A DNA stretch of 64,000 nt from the human T2T-CHM13v2.0 reference genome, Homo sapiens: the NCBI RefSeq assembly GCF_009914755.1, contig NC_060947.1; one strand, given 5' to 3'. Shown in pieces: positions 1 to 15,987 of the stretch. The notes under the pieces are model-generated. The model ran no database searches. It was not told the DNA's origin and worked only from the letters and a program-made list of their open reading frames with translations. The translations under genes and the position numbers were made by a program. Positions within the stretch are counted from its first letter, which is position 1. The number at the start of each line of letters is the position of its first letter.

Positions 1-31
1 GTTATGTGTTTTTTCTACCTTCTAATTCTAG

Positions 32-112
32 AAAGTGAAATTCGTTATTCTACATGGAAGAAAGCTGTGATGAAGTCAATGGGTTGGGTTACAACTCAAT
101 CTCCAGAAAGTG
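32..112 (+). CDS. GK: Glycerol kinase coding exon (81 nt, phase 1-1): (E)[26 protein letters not shown](G)
   Basis: Acceptor ttctag at 26-31 and donor G|gtaaaa after 112. The translation matches the recognised C-terminal region of human glycerol kinase. Confidence 0.96.
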
Positions 113-805
113 GTAAAAATGTTTTTGTTTATTATTGTCACATTTTCTTAGTATATTAAATAGTTATTTAAGTATCTAGGCATTTACACATAGCCAGGCT
201 GCTCTGAAGAAAAGCATTATCATATGTCCAGAGATTCTGACATTTTGAAAACACTTTAAAGTTCTAAACACAAAATGTAAATTATCAGGTTGATATACAT
301 ACTTTAACTTTATCCTGCCATATCTTTCCTTATTAGTTTATTCTTGGTACTTCAATTGACAACTTAGTCTTCCAAGAGTAAAATTATTTCTAGTTTCTTC
401 TTAATGAAAAAAAAAATCAACTAGAGTCTTCATTTTTTTCCCCTCTCCTCTTACTTTACCTTTTTGGGGGGCTGTCTTTATGACCTGAACCAACTGAAAG
501 CTGTATTAATTTCAGAATATATTCTGCTACTTCCTAGGCTGATTCCAAGTACATAATGGGAATTCCTTTGGAATCAGAGAAAGAAATATACCAAACATAG
601 TAAATTCGAACTCTTATAAATAGATTGGGAAGTGCTCTTAGCAGAAAAAATAGTGGACTATTCTACCTTTCAGTCACTTAGGAAGGTCAAGAGCTTAAGT
701 AAACCATTTAGATTTAAACAGCCTTAAGATGCATAGTATTATTATTTTTTGCTAAATGCAAGATGTGGAGCATAATGAATGGAACAATGGCAGATAATTT
801 ATTGA

Positions 806-1125
<320 letters not shown>

Positions 1126-1569
1126 TAATGGGGAAGAGTTGACAAATGAAATAATACCTGCCTTCCAACCCCAAAGTTAATGTATCTGTTTTTTAGGAGA
1201 AGCTTCCAGAACTATCTACTGCCACAGATAACTGTGGTCTGTATTTTCAGTCCCGGATGTTCCTATTTGAAGCTTTTGTTTTTCTCCTAAATAAGCTTAA
1301 TATCTTTTGTTGTGAGACTCAGCTTCATTTTCCAAGATGGTGGCAACGTTTTTCTTGCTAAGACTGTAATTTTGAGAGACCCTTTACAACTAAACTTCTC
1401 AATCATAAGTACTTTTCTAGCACAGTGCTAGTTGCTGTGTGAGATATAACAGACGTAAGCCTTGACTTCTTTTCTAGTTGCCCTTAATTATTGCTTATAG
1501 GAAATTGAGTTACATTATTTCTTTAACTAGCTGGATGTTTTAAAATGGCACTTTAAATGGCATGTTTAA

Positions 1570-1882
<313 letters not shown>

Positions 1883-2190
1883 TTAAAATGGCATTTTAAT
1901 CCTCCTGTCTCCCTCCCTCCAACCCCATGCCTTACACACAGATACACAGTTCTCCTCACTAGCGGTTGAGGATGTAATTTTAACTGCAAAATTCCCACAA
2001 AATCAACTGATCATTTTTCCCTTGTTTGTGTACTTTACTATCAATGAATTTAAAATACTAAGAAAAAGTTGATAAAACAAACAAAAAAAGATATCATTGC
2101 TCCAATTTCTGCTATCAGCATTAATGATAAAAGTAATTTGATCTTTTGAGAGTTTTATATTTTAAAGAACTTTGTTTTTGTTTCAGTTAG

Positions 2191-2529
<339 letters not shown>

Positions 2530-3395
2530 TGAATAGATTTATGAAAAACACTCTAATATTTAATATTTTGGGGGTCTCTAAGCTGTATAATAAGCTTGGA
2601 ATAGTAATAAAATGCTAGTTGTATTCCTTTAAGCAATCTAAGCTATATAACTATATAAGTTATATGATAATAGCAATATAGATAGAATCCTATTTTGATA
2701 AACTTGAGAGGATATTAGAATTGCTACCTGTATCTTAACCTATGGGAAGAATATCAGGCTTGCTTAAGTTTCAAAGCAATTTGCCAATTTTGAAGCAATC
2801 ATAATTATTTTCTTGTTTGTGACTATATTTGAATGCTTTGTAAACAATTTTTAACATACTTTTCATATGTGTTTAAAATGTATTGTCAGGTGCATTTTGT
2901 TACGCACCAAATTCTATTAAAAAAATAAAACTGAACTAATATTTTAGCAAACATAGGGTTTTAAATTCATCTTAGGACACTAATATAACTCTTCTCTCAT
3001 GGCCAAAAGAGAACTATAATTTGAACTTAGGTGGAATTAAATAGATCATTTAATATATTTGGGGGAAGAATCAAGAAAGCTAAAATTAACAGCCTCCCAA
3101 AAAGTTATCCATAGGCTCACTCTGGCTTTGCCAGTGGAAGGCTAATGTTAGTCTATATGTATTATGTTCTTGGCTGTGTGGCATGCTATCTGTATTGTTT
3201 GTTAACTGTCATAAACCTTCAATATTGATTATATTTTTGATTTGAAGTAATAACTCTTTGCTAGCTTTTATGAATATACTATTTTTATAGCTTATTTTGT
3301 TTTGCTATCTTGTGATTCTTAACACAAATATTGTAATTATGTGTCTCTCTTTTGGTTTGCTTGACTGGAATTCTCTTCTGCTTGGATGACCACAG

Positions 3396-3482
3396 GTGAC
3401 CCTAGTATCTTCTGTAGTCTGCCCTTGGGCTTTTTTATAGTGAGTAGCATGGTAATGTTAATCGGAGCAAGGTACATCTCAG
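3396..3482 (+). CDS. GK: GK 87-nt cassette exon: (G)[28 protein letters not shown](G), hydrophobic C-terminal segment
   Basis: Acceptor ccacag|GT and donor CAG|gttagt. The 87 nt keep the frame and encode the known 29-aa insert of long GK isoforms. Confidence 0.95.
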
Positions 3483-4662
3483 GTTAGTTACTCTTTAAAT
3501 TAGACAACTCTATTAGTTAGCTTTAATGTTTTCGTGTATAACTTAGCAGAAATTTTTCAGTGTTTTTCATTCTTTCTGTGTCTAGGAAGCTGGAAAATCA
3601 ATTAAAGGTCTAATTAGTTAGACCAATTAATCTTTGGGGGCAGTTAGAAGTAAGAACTGTGACTCTGCTTACCCTTTTTAAATTTTTAATGTGATGACTT
3701 CTTTAAGAGGGACTACATTCTGCTGTCAGCTGCAGCAATAAGCAAAAGTGAAAATACTAATATTTAAATGAAAGGACTTTCAGACTGACTGCTGAAAGTT
3801 AAAGTATACTTTTGACATTAATTAAATTGTCTTTCAAATGTATATAAATTATTTTTCATAATCCTGAAAATTTGCTAAGCAAGTCTTAACTTTTCAATTC
3901 TGGCAAGTTTCAGCCAGAGCATGTCCACAGAGTTCCTGTAAAACCCTAAAACCAGGGAAGATTTATAGTTACTCTTATTTTAGTTAAAAGAATATCTTTT
4001 ATGAACTGAAGTTTTAAAAATGATTCCTTAAATGAAGGGGTTGAAATGAAAACAGAATTATTTTTCCACATTAATTTATACTGAATAATCTTTTTTTAAT
4101 AAAAGTAAAATGGCTCAGCATGTTATGGAATATATTGCATAATCTTATTAATTTATAATAGCCATTTGTGGAAGCTGCTCCTGGTGATAGCTCAATTTTT
4201 CTTAAAATTACTGGCTTAAATGGAAATGATGCTTCTTATTCTGTATGTTCCCATGAAAGTGAAACTTTAAAAAAAAAATTCATGATTAGGGTTTCATGAA
4301 AAGGCCTTGTTTCTATGAAAATTGAGACAGGTTGCATCTCTCTAAGCTAAAAGATGGGCTATGTGTCTAGAGTCTTAGACTTCTAAAATGCATGTGGTCA
4401 CTATATGTAGGTTATCTCTTCGGTGACATACACTGCAATTTGAGAGGGCTGGAAATTGTTTGCCTTGGTAAACGATTAGCAACAGTGGCAATATTTGTTA
4501 ATTTTGGAATTGGCCCTGTTTGTTGCATTTTAATTGTGAGGCATGATTTAGAAATCATATGGACTTTCTAGCTTAATAAATGATTGAATCATCTGCATTG
4601 CTTTAACTCCTGAATTGTATGCATGTATTATTGACATATATGGTTTTTGTTCCCCATTTCAG

Positions 4663-4673
4663 GTATTCCATAA
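4663..4673 (+). CDS. GK: GK terminal exon, coding part (G)IP-stop
   Basis: ccccatttcag|GTATTCCATAA. In frame with either upstream exon; GK ends in GIP. Confidence 0.95.
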
Positions 4674-6601
4674 AACCTACCAACTCATGGATTCCCAAGA
4701 TGTGAGCTTTTTACATAATGAAAGAACCCAGCAATTCTGTCTCTTAATGCAATGACACTATTCATAGACTTTGATTTTATTTATAAGCCACTTGCTGCAT
4801 GACCCTCCAAGTAGACCTGTGGCTTAAAATAAAGAAAATGCAGCAAAAAGAATGCTATAGAAATATTTGGTGGTTTTTTTTTTTTTAAACATCCACAGTT
4901 AAGGTTGGGCCAGCTACCTTTGGGGCTGACCCCCTCCATTGCCATAACATCCTGCTCCATTCCCTCTAAGATGTAGGAAGAATTCGGATCCTTACCATTG
5001 GAATCTTCCATCGAACATACTCAAACACTTTTGGACCAGGATTTGAGTCTCTGCATGACATATACTTGATTAAAAGGTTATTACTAACCTGTTAAAAATC
5101 AGCAGCTCTTTGCTTTTAACAGACACCCTAAAAGTCTTCTTTTCTACATAGTTGAAGACAGCAACATCTTCACTGAATGTTTGAATAGAAACCTCTACTA
5201 AATTATTAAAATAGACATTTAGTGTTCTCACAGCTTGGATATTTTTCTGAAAAGTTATTTGCCAAAACTGAAATCCTTCAGATGTTTTCCATGGTCCCAC
5301 TAATTATAATGACTTTCTGTCTGGATCTTATAGGAAAAGATACTTTCTTTTTTCTTCCATCTTTCCTTTTTATATTTTTTACTTTGTATGTATAACATAC
5401 ATGCCTATATATTTTATACACTGAGGGTAGCCCATTTATAAATTAAGAGCACATTATATTCAGAAGGTTCTAACAGGGCTGGTCTTAAGTGAACCACTGT
5501 GTATATAAATATGTTGGAAAACAGCTGTATACATTTTTGGGCAACGGTTATGCATAATATTTACCAGGAGAATTTTTTTCTTAACAAGCCAACATTTAAA
5601 ATTTATGTTTTATGTCAATAAAAGAAAATATACTTTATTGTGACTTCAACTATATTTCTTATCCCTTACATTTTTATTTAATTGTCTTAGCTTAAAAAAA
5701 GAAGAAACTGTGGAATACTACAGTAAATATTGTTTTCAAACACAAGCAATAATTCAAATAGTTATTTTTCTTTTGAATTAATTTTAGACATATTTTGGAT
5801 CCTATTGAGGGGATAAGAGGATGTCAAAAAAGTTAAATACCTAAGTAGAAAAAAATATAGAAATAAAGCCAAGAATCTCTTTCAGTTCAAATGTTATCAA
5901 TTGTTAATAAGAAATTGCTATCTGGGATGACAGAATTACCTCTGCTTAGTATCTCATTATAACTGAAAGAAGGTTTATCATTACAAATACCTTCCAATGA
6001 AACCAAGAATTTCTCAAAATATTTAATGTCACATATTATAAGAAGTTACCTAATCCTGCTTCTTAACATCAATTTTTAAAAATATCTTAAAATTACCTTG
6101 TTTTGTAGTAAACAGTGAAGAAAAGATTGCCTCCTAATTATTTTTTTCAATGAGTGCTGAATGGGAAAACATTTATATCTTACTATAAAAGGTTCTGTTT
6201 TGTTTGGAATCAATGGTAGCTTTATTGACTGTTCTGATTGTGCTGTTTCTAATTTATTGAATCTGCTAGGTTTTATTGATGCAGCCACCACTTAAGTGAC
6301 ATAAATATTATAGAAAGGTACTGTGAAATGATCACTTTGTGGCAGGGGTACTTTTAAACATAAATGTTTCTACAAAAGTAGGTTGAGTTCATTGTAAATA
6401 ATTGTGAAAGCCACTGTTCAAATAATTTTAAGATTACATTAATTTTTCTATAAATTGGAAGATTTATAAATGTTTGAAATTGTACACATTGATATTTAAT
6501 GACAAATTTACTTAAAATAAATTGACCCCTTGTTCTTACTTGCATTTCTCATTTACAGACTAGAACTTAGTTGAAAGTTAAATTAAGAAAGATGTTTCAG
6601 A

Positions 6602-6734
6602 GGCCGGGCACGGTGGCTGACGCCTGTAATCCCAGCACTTTGGGAGGCCGAGGTGGGCAGATCACCTGAGGTCAGGAGTTCGGGACTAGCCTAACCGACA
6701 TGGAGAAACCCTATCTCTACTAAAAAAAAAAAAA
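6602..6734 (+). mobile_element. Left-monomer-only AluSp-like element in the GK 3'UTR
   Basis: ggccgggcacggtggc...catggagaaaccctatctctactaaaa(A)n. TSD aaagatgtttcag at 6588-6600 and 6732-6744. Confidence 0.9.
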
Positions 6735-7371
6735 GATGTTTCAGGACATGTGAAACTTGGCTGTTAGCGCTTGATAGGGCACACTCTGAAGAGTTAACCA
6801 ACAGCCAAAGAAGTAATTTCTGTAATGATGAACACTTTAATCATTCTATTAGAAGAAACTACACTGTCCCATCTCAGCATTTGCAAAAAATAACGTTGGT
6901 AAGGTCAGCAGCCATTATCAACAGGGCCTTGCATGGCTAACTTTGACCACCATTGTTCTCTCAACCTGATAGGCAACACCTCAATCCTTTGTTCTCCAAC
7001 TAATCAGTAAAATAAGTAATGCATCTCTGCTTCTGTAATGATATCTTAGAATTTTTAGTATGTTTCTTTTGAAGTGCCCAAAGCCCAATTCTTTGGGATA
7101 TCTTTTGGGTATCTGGTATCATGTGGGAGTGAAGAAAGAAAGTTTTTGGAGAAACCAACAAATGAAAGCTGTGATAGCACAGAAGCTAATGGCATTGACA
7201 GTGGAGTAGGTAGTATTTAATCTGTAGTGTTTACAACATAGTAGATAGAAGTACAAAAATTTTTTTAACTATAACTCTTTAATAGCTTGTTTTATCTAGT
7301 AATATTTAAATAATGAAGTTTCCTTGATCCTTTGCTTTTGCAACCTAACAACTTTAATAATAAGTTCACAC

Positions 7372-7377
7372 AATAAA
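7372..7377 (+). terminator. Probable distal polyadenylation signal of GK
   Basis: cAATAAAcaaattagtagaaaactga, with a downstream GT/T-rich tract (tttgtgtatacttt). Confidence 0.6.
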
Positions 7378-8199
7378 CAAATTAGTAGAAAACTGAGTGA
7401 ATTTGTAAATCAATCTGATTTCTACTTTGTGTATACTTTATAGGTACATATCTTAATTCTGGCCTTATAATTAAATATAACCTGTGCCAAATATCGTAGA
7501 CAAAAAAAACTCTCACAGGTATTTCCTGAGATTTCCCTGTCATCAAATTTAATGAAAATGACCCATTAAATTAAATTTGAGGACCATAAAGATAAATATT
7601 CTGAGAAGGAGAAGTTAGGTTAAAAACAAGTTTCTCAACTAGGCCAATACCTTTAATTGCCAGTTTTCATTCTATTTCAAATAACTAGTTCTACCTGACA
7701 GCATAACAGTTGAGAGGATGACAATATTTTATTTTAAAAAGCAGCTTCAGCCTCTTTCAATTTTCCTGTTTAGTATTAAAATTTAGTTTCTTTTATTCCT
7801 TATTATTGAACTTGATAATATCTATCTCATAGGTTTCTTATTATTGTATGACTAGTTTACAAGTGGATTTCATAAATATGAAATCATTTAAGTAATCACC
7901 ACAATATCCAACAAAGAGAAACTTGTTAAATAAATTCTGGTACAGCCATACAATGAAAATGTGTAGCTTTAGAAAAGAATGAGGACACTGTCTAGAAAGA
8001 TATGGTATTTGGGATAAGTGAAAAAGCAAGGTGCGGAGTAGCATGTAAGTGTGCTACCCTTCTATTAGAGAGAGAGACAGAAACTAGAATGTTTGCCTAT
8101 GCTGGAAGGACAGAAAAGCTGTTAATAGTGCTTATCCACTGGGACAGAAAGGGTTGATAATTAGGCATTTGGGAGAAAGGGGTGGGAAAAAATTTCACT

Positions 8200-8254
8200 A
8201 TACATATGTGTGTGTGTGTGTGTGTATGTATATGTGTGTGTGTATGTGTGTATA

Positions 8255-8300
<46 letters not shown>
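8200..8300. repeat. Compound (TG)n/(TA)n microsatellite at an Alu tail
   Basis: A tgtgtg...tatata run abuts the poly-T of the Alu. Confidence 0.95.
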
Positions 8301-8605
<305 letters not shown>

Positions 8606-9284
8606 TCTGTCCACTTCATTTCTTTGATAAAACTGCTTGGAAATGAGAATATTACTCCTCTTATAAAAATGGGAAAAAGAAAGAGATTAGAAAGAAGAAA
8701 GTCACCCATAGTCCTAAAATGATCCCTGTGGTTATTTTGATTTTTCCCCAGACTTTAAGGGAATATTTCATAGAACTTGAGTGTTCATAAACTATATAAA
8801 AATTTCAACATGCAAACTAGTCAGGGCTGTCATGTATGTAGACACAAGTGAACTGAAAGTATAAAATAGGCATAGAGATGATAAATACCAAGTTTAGTGG
8901 TGGTTACCTCTGAAAGAGGAGGATGGGGTCAGGGAAAGGGACTTTGCTGAAACCTGGAAAGTTGTGTTTCTAAAAAAATTAAGAGTTAAAACAAATGTAG
9001 CAATACCTTAAGATTTGGCACTGCTTAGCGGTGGGTACACATGTCTTTATTCTATCCTCTACATTTCTGTATGCTCCATATATTTCATAATAAAAATATA
9101 AGGTGTGTTGCTCCTGATTGTGTGTATCTGAATTCGTTAGTCACTGTCTGTCTATCAGTGTAGTTTTGTTAGTACTGACAGCCTTCCCAATTAAAAGGGT
9201 TGAAATTTTATTGATCTTCTGGCAGAATTATTTCAAGCACCTCCTACAAAGCATCAATATACAGAAGAAATAATGTGTGTATTA

Positions 9285-9624
<340 letters not shown>

Positions 9625-10371
9625 TTACATCCTTCCTTAGCCATTCACTTGTTATGAACAGAATTTAGAAGACTCAAAAAAGAAATGCCCATGTGTTTTC
9701 TATATAGTACCTTCCATGAATTTTAATAGATAACTGCATAGCTGTAAGACCACCATATTTGTAATTATGTGTTAAGGCTAGAAAGTTTCTAGACAGAAAA
9801 GTCTTGACTCTACATTTAACTGTAATGTCCAAGGGAAAATAATTGTGATCATCAAATTAGATTTTAAGTTACGCAGAAGACCTGTTTTATTGTATTCCGG
9901 GTTCTAATTCATTACAGTCCAAAGAAAGTACTAAATAATAAAATGGAATGACATTTGTTTCCTTTATAATATGTGTTTAAAATACCACAAAAACGTGGTT
10001 AAAACGGTAGGGTGATGAGGTGATTAAAACCTGCTATTGAAGGAAAACTTGACTCTAAAATGGAACAATTCTCTAATTTCACCTATGCTGGGTTTTTCCC
10101 CCATTATGGTTTGATACTTTAATTCTCCTTGCCCACACTCAGGGAGACGTTACTGCTAGTTAGTTGCATTATCTAATCGATTTTAAAGGAAGAGACATAA
10201 CTAATGAATAAAACTAAGTTATTAGGATTCTTCCGTGACTTTTCAATGTTTTCTATGTCTCCATCCCACAGGTTCAGTTAATTCTCTAACTCTATATGTT
10301 AAATAGATGTGTATCCTGCAAGGATATACACTCACCCCCAACACAGACACACACACACAGAGAGACAGTAC

Positions 10372-10662
10372 ATTTTTTTTCCTTTTGAGACGTAGTCTCA
10401 CTCTGTCGCCCAGGCTGGAGTGCAGTGTCGCGATCTCAGCTCACTGCACTCCACCTCCCGGGTTCAAACGATTCTCCTGCCTCAGCCTCCGGAGTAGCTG
10501 GGACTACAGGTGCACGCAGCCATGCCTGGTATTTTTGTAGTTTTAGTAGAGACGGGGTTTCACTATCTTGGCCAGGCTTGTCTCGACCTCCTGACTTCGT
10601 GATCCATCCGCCCCAGCCTCCCAAAATGCTGGGATTACAGGTATGAGCTACTGTGTCCGGCC
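10372..10662 (-). mobile_element. AluS
   Basis: Antisense Alu preceded by short (CA)/(GA) repeats. Confidence 0.9.
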
Positions 10663-11481
10663 AGAGTACATATTTTTGTTCAGGATAATCAGAAATGAGT
10701 ATAAGAGAGATTCTTAATGTTTTCTATTAAGCAGGCTCATTTAGAATAAACAAAACCAGAGCTATTATCTTCTATGGATTAAGACTGGAATAATAAAAAT
10801 TATTGGAAGGAGATTTTTTGTCAGGTCTCCCATATATACAGGTGTTCATCAGAGACACCATGTTCCCCTTCTCTCCCTCTCAGAGAGAGACACCCATGGA
10901 TGGCAGGCGTGGGCAGGGCCGTGCCTGTCGTACACAGGGCTTTGTATATGCTGAAGCCTGCAGCTGTTTATTATTGACTCCTAATTAGCTCCAACAACTG
11001 TGTTTGGCTAATTGAATTGCACTCCCTGCTAGCCACCTGAGCCTTCCCAAAAGAAGATTGCCCTTCAAAACTAAGGAAAGAAAATATTCACACCATTATC
11101 CAGCCCCAGATTCTTGGCTTGAGCCAAGCACCTATGTAGCTCAAGCCAAGGATTTCTGTGCCCAGCTCGAAGAACTGGTGAAGCTACAAGTGTTAACGTA
11201 GGTGTCTTACATTTAGATCATAGTGGACAGGACTTCAATGGTTGTGTTTTTTTATTATTATTATTATTAGGTTGTATTTTAGACACCATAATGCCAATTT
11301 TAAGTGATTTTAATGTGGAGAGATGCTGAACCATTTCTGCTGAAATGTCTCAGATATCCAATCAACATTTATTAAGGAATTGTACCATACAAGATTCCCC
11401 TATTTTTCAACCAGAGAATCAGAAACTTAGGGAAAAAAAAAATTCCCTTGTTTTCCAACTCCATCACTTGTAGTCTAAACT

Positions 11482-11794
11482 ATTTTAAGTTTTATTTATT
11501 TTCTTGAGATGGGGTGTTGCTCTGTTGCCCAGCCTAGAGTGTAGTGGCACAATCACGGTTCACTGCAGTCTCGACCTCCCAGACTCAAGCCATCCTCCAG
11601 GATTAGCCTCCTCAGTAGCTGGGACCACAGGCACGTGCCACCACACCCAGCTAATTTTTAAAAAAAATTTTGTGGAGATCGGGGAGGGCTCACGATATTG
11701 CCAAGGCTGGCCTTGTACTCCTGGGCTCAAGAGATCCTCCCACCTCGGCCTCCCAAAATGCTGGGACTACAGGTGTGAGCCACCACACTCAGCC
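11482..11794 (-). mobile_element. AluJ
   Basis: Diverged antisense Alu with J diagnostics (ctcgacctcc, gggctcaag). Confidence 0.88.
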
Positions 11795-11893
11795 TAAACT
11801 CTTTTATCAGCTTGCTAAAGGCCATGTAAATAGAATAGGCTCTAGTGACCCAGTTATCTTTTGAAAAGCTGGTCTCCTGTAAGAAACAAATTC

Positions 11894-11911
11894 GGCCGCT
11901 AGGTGACGCTA
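11894..11911 (+). promoter_or_regulatory. Candidate CTCF-binding site GGCCGCTAGGTGACGCTA
   Basis: Close match to the CTCF core CCASYAGRKGGCRS. Several CpGs are retained in otherwise AT-rich unique DNA. Confidence 0.6.
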
Positions 11912-12697
11912 CTTTCCACAGTCGGGCTTCTCTGTCTTAGACATTTCTTCCTATCAGCAGAAGTTGCTACTGTACTGGTTTTTGGTAATCATAGTAAAGT
12001 GAAAGCATTGTAGTGACTGTGGGAGATGTACAGAATGCTTTCATGATAAGATCGTAAAAACCAGAGGCTTAACTGAATCCAACAATCTGTTTACGCTCTT
12101 GCATCTTTGATTTTCCTTAGACTTTTAGCTCATCATAAAAGTCAGGTTTATAGACATTTCTCTATAATTTAACACTTAATACTTCAAATATCTCTGCTAA
12201 TTACACATATACTCTGCTAAATTTATTCAATCATAAATATATTCTTAGTTATAGCCTATTCTATTAAAAAAGCGTTTTTTAAAAAAAAAAACTTCTGTTT
12301 ATACTTGAGTCTTGGAATGACATACTAGAATCAACCAATTCCAAGGCAAAATTCTTCCTCCATTATTTTCTCAATATGAACCAAATTTTTTTTACTCTTA
12401 TTTTTTTGCTTTTGCCTTTCACCGAATGATTCTAGAAAGGTATACAGAAAAAAAATCTTTTTATATAACAATCTATAAACATGACCAAATCAAGACAAAA
12501 TCGTGTTAAATTGTCCCTTATGTTGATAGCATCATTATCATGTCAATACCAGGCAAATCTTTAACTCTATTATCATTGTCATTAGCTTTTTACATGTTGA
12601 GATTTACAAAGTTATTAAGAAAGTATTCTTTATTACTACAATCCATCAGCATTTTGATCATACGTTGTAAGTGCCATAGCATCCAAGTATAATAAAA

Positions 12698-12880
12698 CTG
12701 CCAGGCACAGTGGCTCACACTTGTAAACTCAGCACTTTGGAGGCCAAGGTGGGAGGATCACTTGAGGCCAGGAGTTTGAGACCAGCCTGGACAACACAGT
12801 GAGACCTCATCTCTACACAAAAATAATTTTAAAAAGAAAAATTGGCCAGGCATGGTGGTACATGCCGGTGGTCCTAGCCG
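12698..12880 (+). mobile_element. AluJ, 3'-truncated
   Basis: Left monomer plus the start of the right monomer; ends at ggtcctagc. Confidence 0.85.
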
Positions 12881-13007
12881 ACATTCCACATACAGTTTTA
12901 AGACACAAAGTATATACTTCTAAAAAAACCCACAATAGATTCATATCAACAATAATAAGCTACATACAGGATTAAATTTATTTAATCATATAATCTATAA
13001 GCCAGTA

Positions 13008-13324
<317 letters not shown>

Positions 13325-14048
13325 TAATCCCGTGGGCATCTTTTGGATAAGGTTTATTTCAAATGGAATTGTTTTATTTAAAATAAGAAATTTTAAAAAA
13401 TTTAATATGTTACTCTAAAAAAACAAACTATTTTGGAACTGAGTAATCCAAATCTAAAAGAAGTAAAGGCATTTTGCTTTGCATTGTACTATTAGTGAAA
13501 AATTTAGTTGTAGATTTATAGATGCTATAATTACACAACAATGAAAGTACAGGCAAGGAAAGTAGGCAAATAAATTGTCTTGCTCACAAAACTATTTTTG
13601 GAGCTAACTCTCTTATAGAAAATCATCAAAAAGGGTTTTATCCAAAATGTTTCAGTAGGATGTTAACTTGAAATAAAGTGAATGGCCTTAGGGTTATGCT
13701 ATTCCTTCTTCTCCTCTCAGGTTTCTAGGTTAAGAAATAATGAATTTTGTTTCTAAATGTTGCTTTAGCAGAGCTAATTGTAGCCCCTTGGGTGAAGGGA
13801 TTGGAGAAAGGAAAATTCAGTTTTTTTACCCTGCTTCAGTAATCAGTTGACTTTGGTATACCCAAGTGGACTTGGCCATTTTAACTGTGTATGCTTAAAG
13901 ATTTTTCTGAAGTCAAAAGGAAAAAAAATACAATTCTGCCATCAAATATTTGATGACTACAGCAAAATATATTTACATTGTTAACACATTTTTCATAAAT
14001 ATCTTCTCCTCAAAATAACAAATAACAAGAATTATAGTAATGTTTTAG

Positions 14049-14380
<332 letters not shown>

Positions 14381-14414
14381 GGTATTTGTGGTTTTTAATA
14401 AATAGTGAGCTGGG

Positions 14415-15558
<1,144 letters not shown>

Positions 15559-15621
15559 GTAGGTTATTCAGATCAACCTTCCATTGAAAATGTCAAAATA
15601 ATATCTTGAAAGTATTGAAGT

Positions 15622-15987
<366 letters not shown>

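Larger units (their letters stand above)
4674..7395 (+). other. GK: GK 3'UTR (~2.7 kb, AU-rich); 3' end approximate
   Basis: Follows the stop codon. AATAAA at ~4828, ~5617, ~5862, ~6517 and 7372-7377; the last is followed by T/GT-rich sequence. Confidence 0.75.

Noticed and set aside
4781-5300. Antisense ORFs over the GK 3'UTR, and adjacent EcoRI/BamHI sites (gaattcggatcc, 4980-4991)
   Set aside because: The ORFs are short with no recognisable protein. The restriction sites sit in continuous UTR sequence with no vector context, so probably chance.
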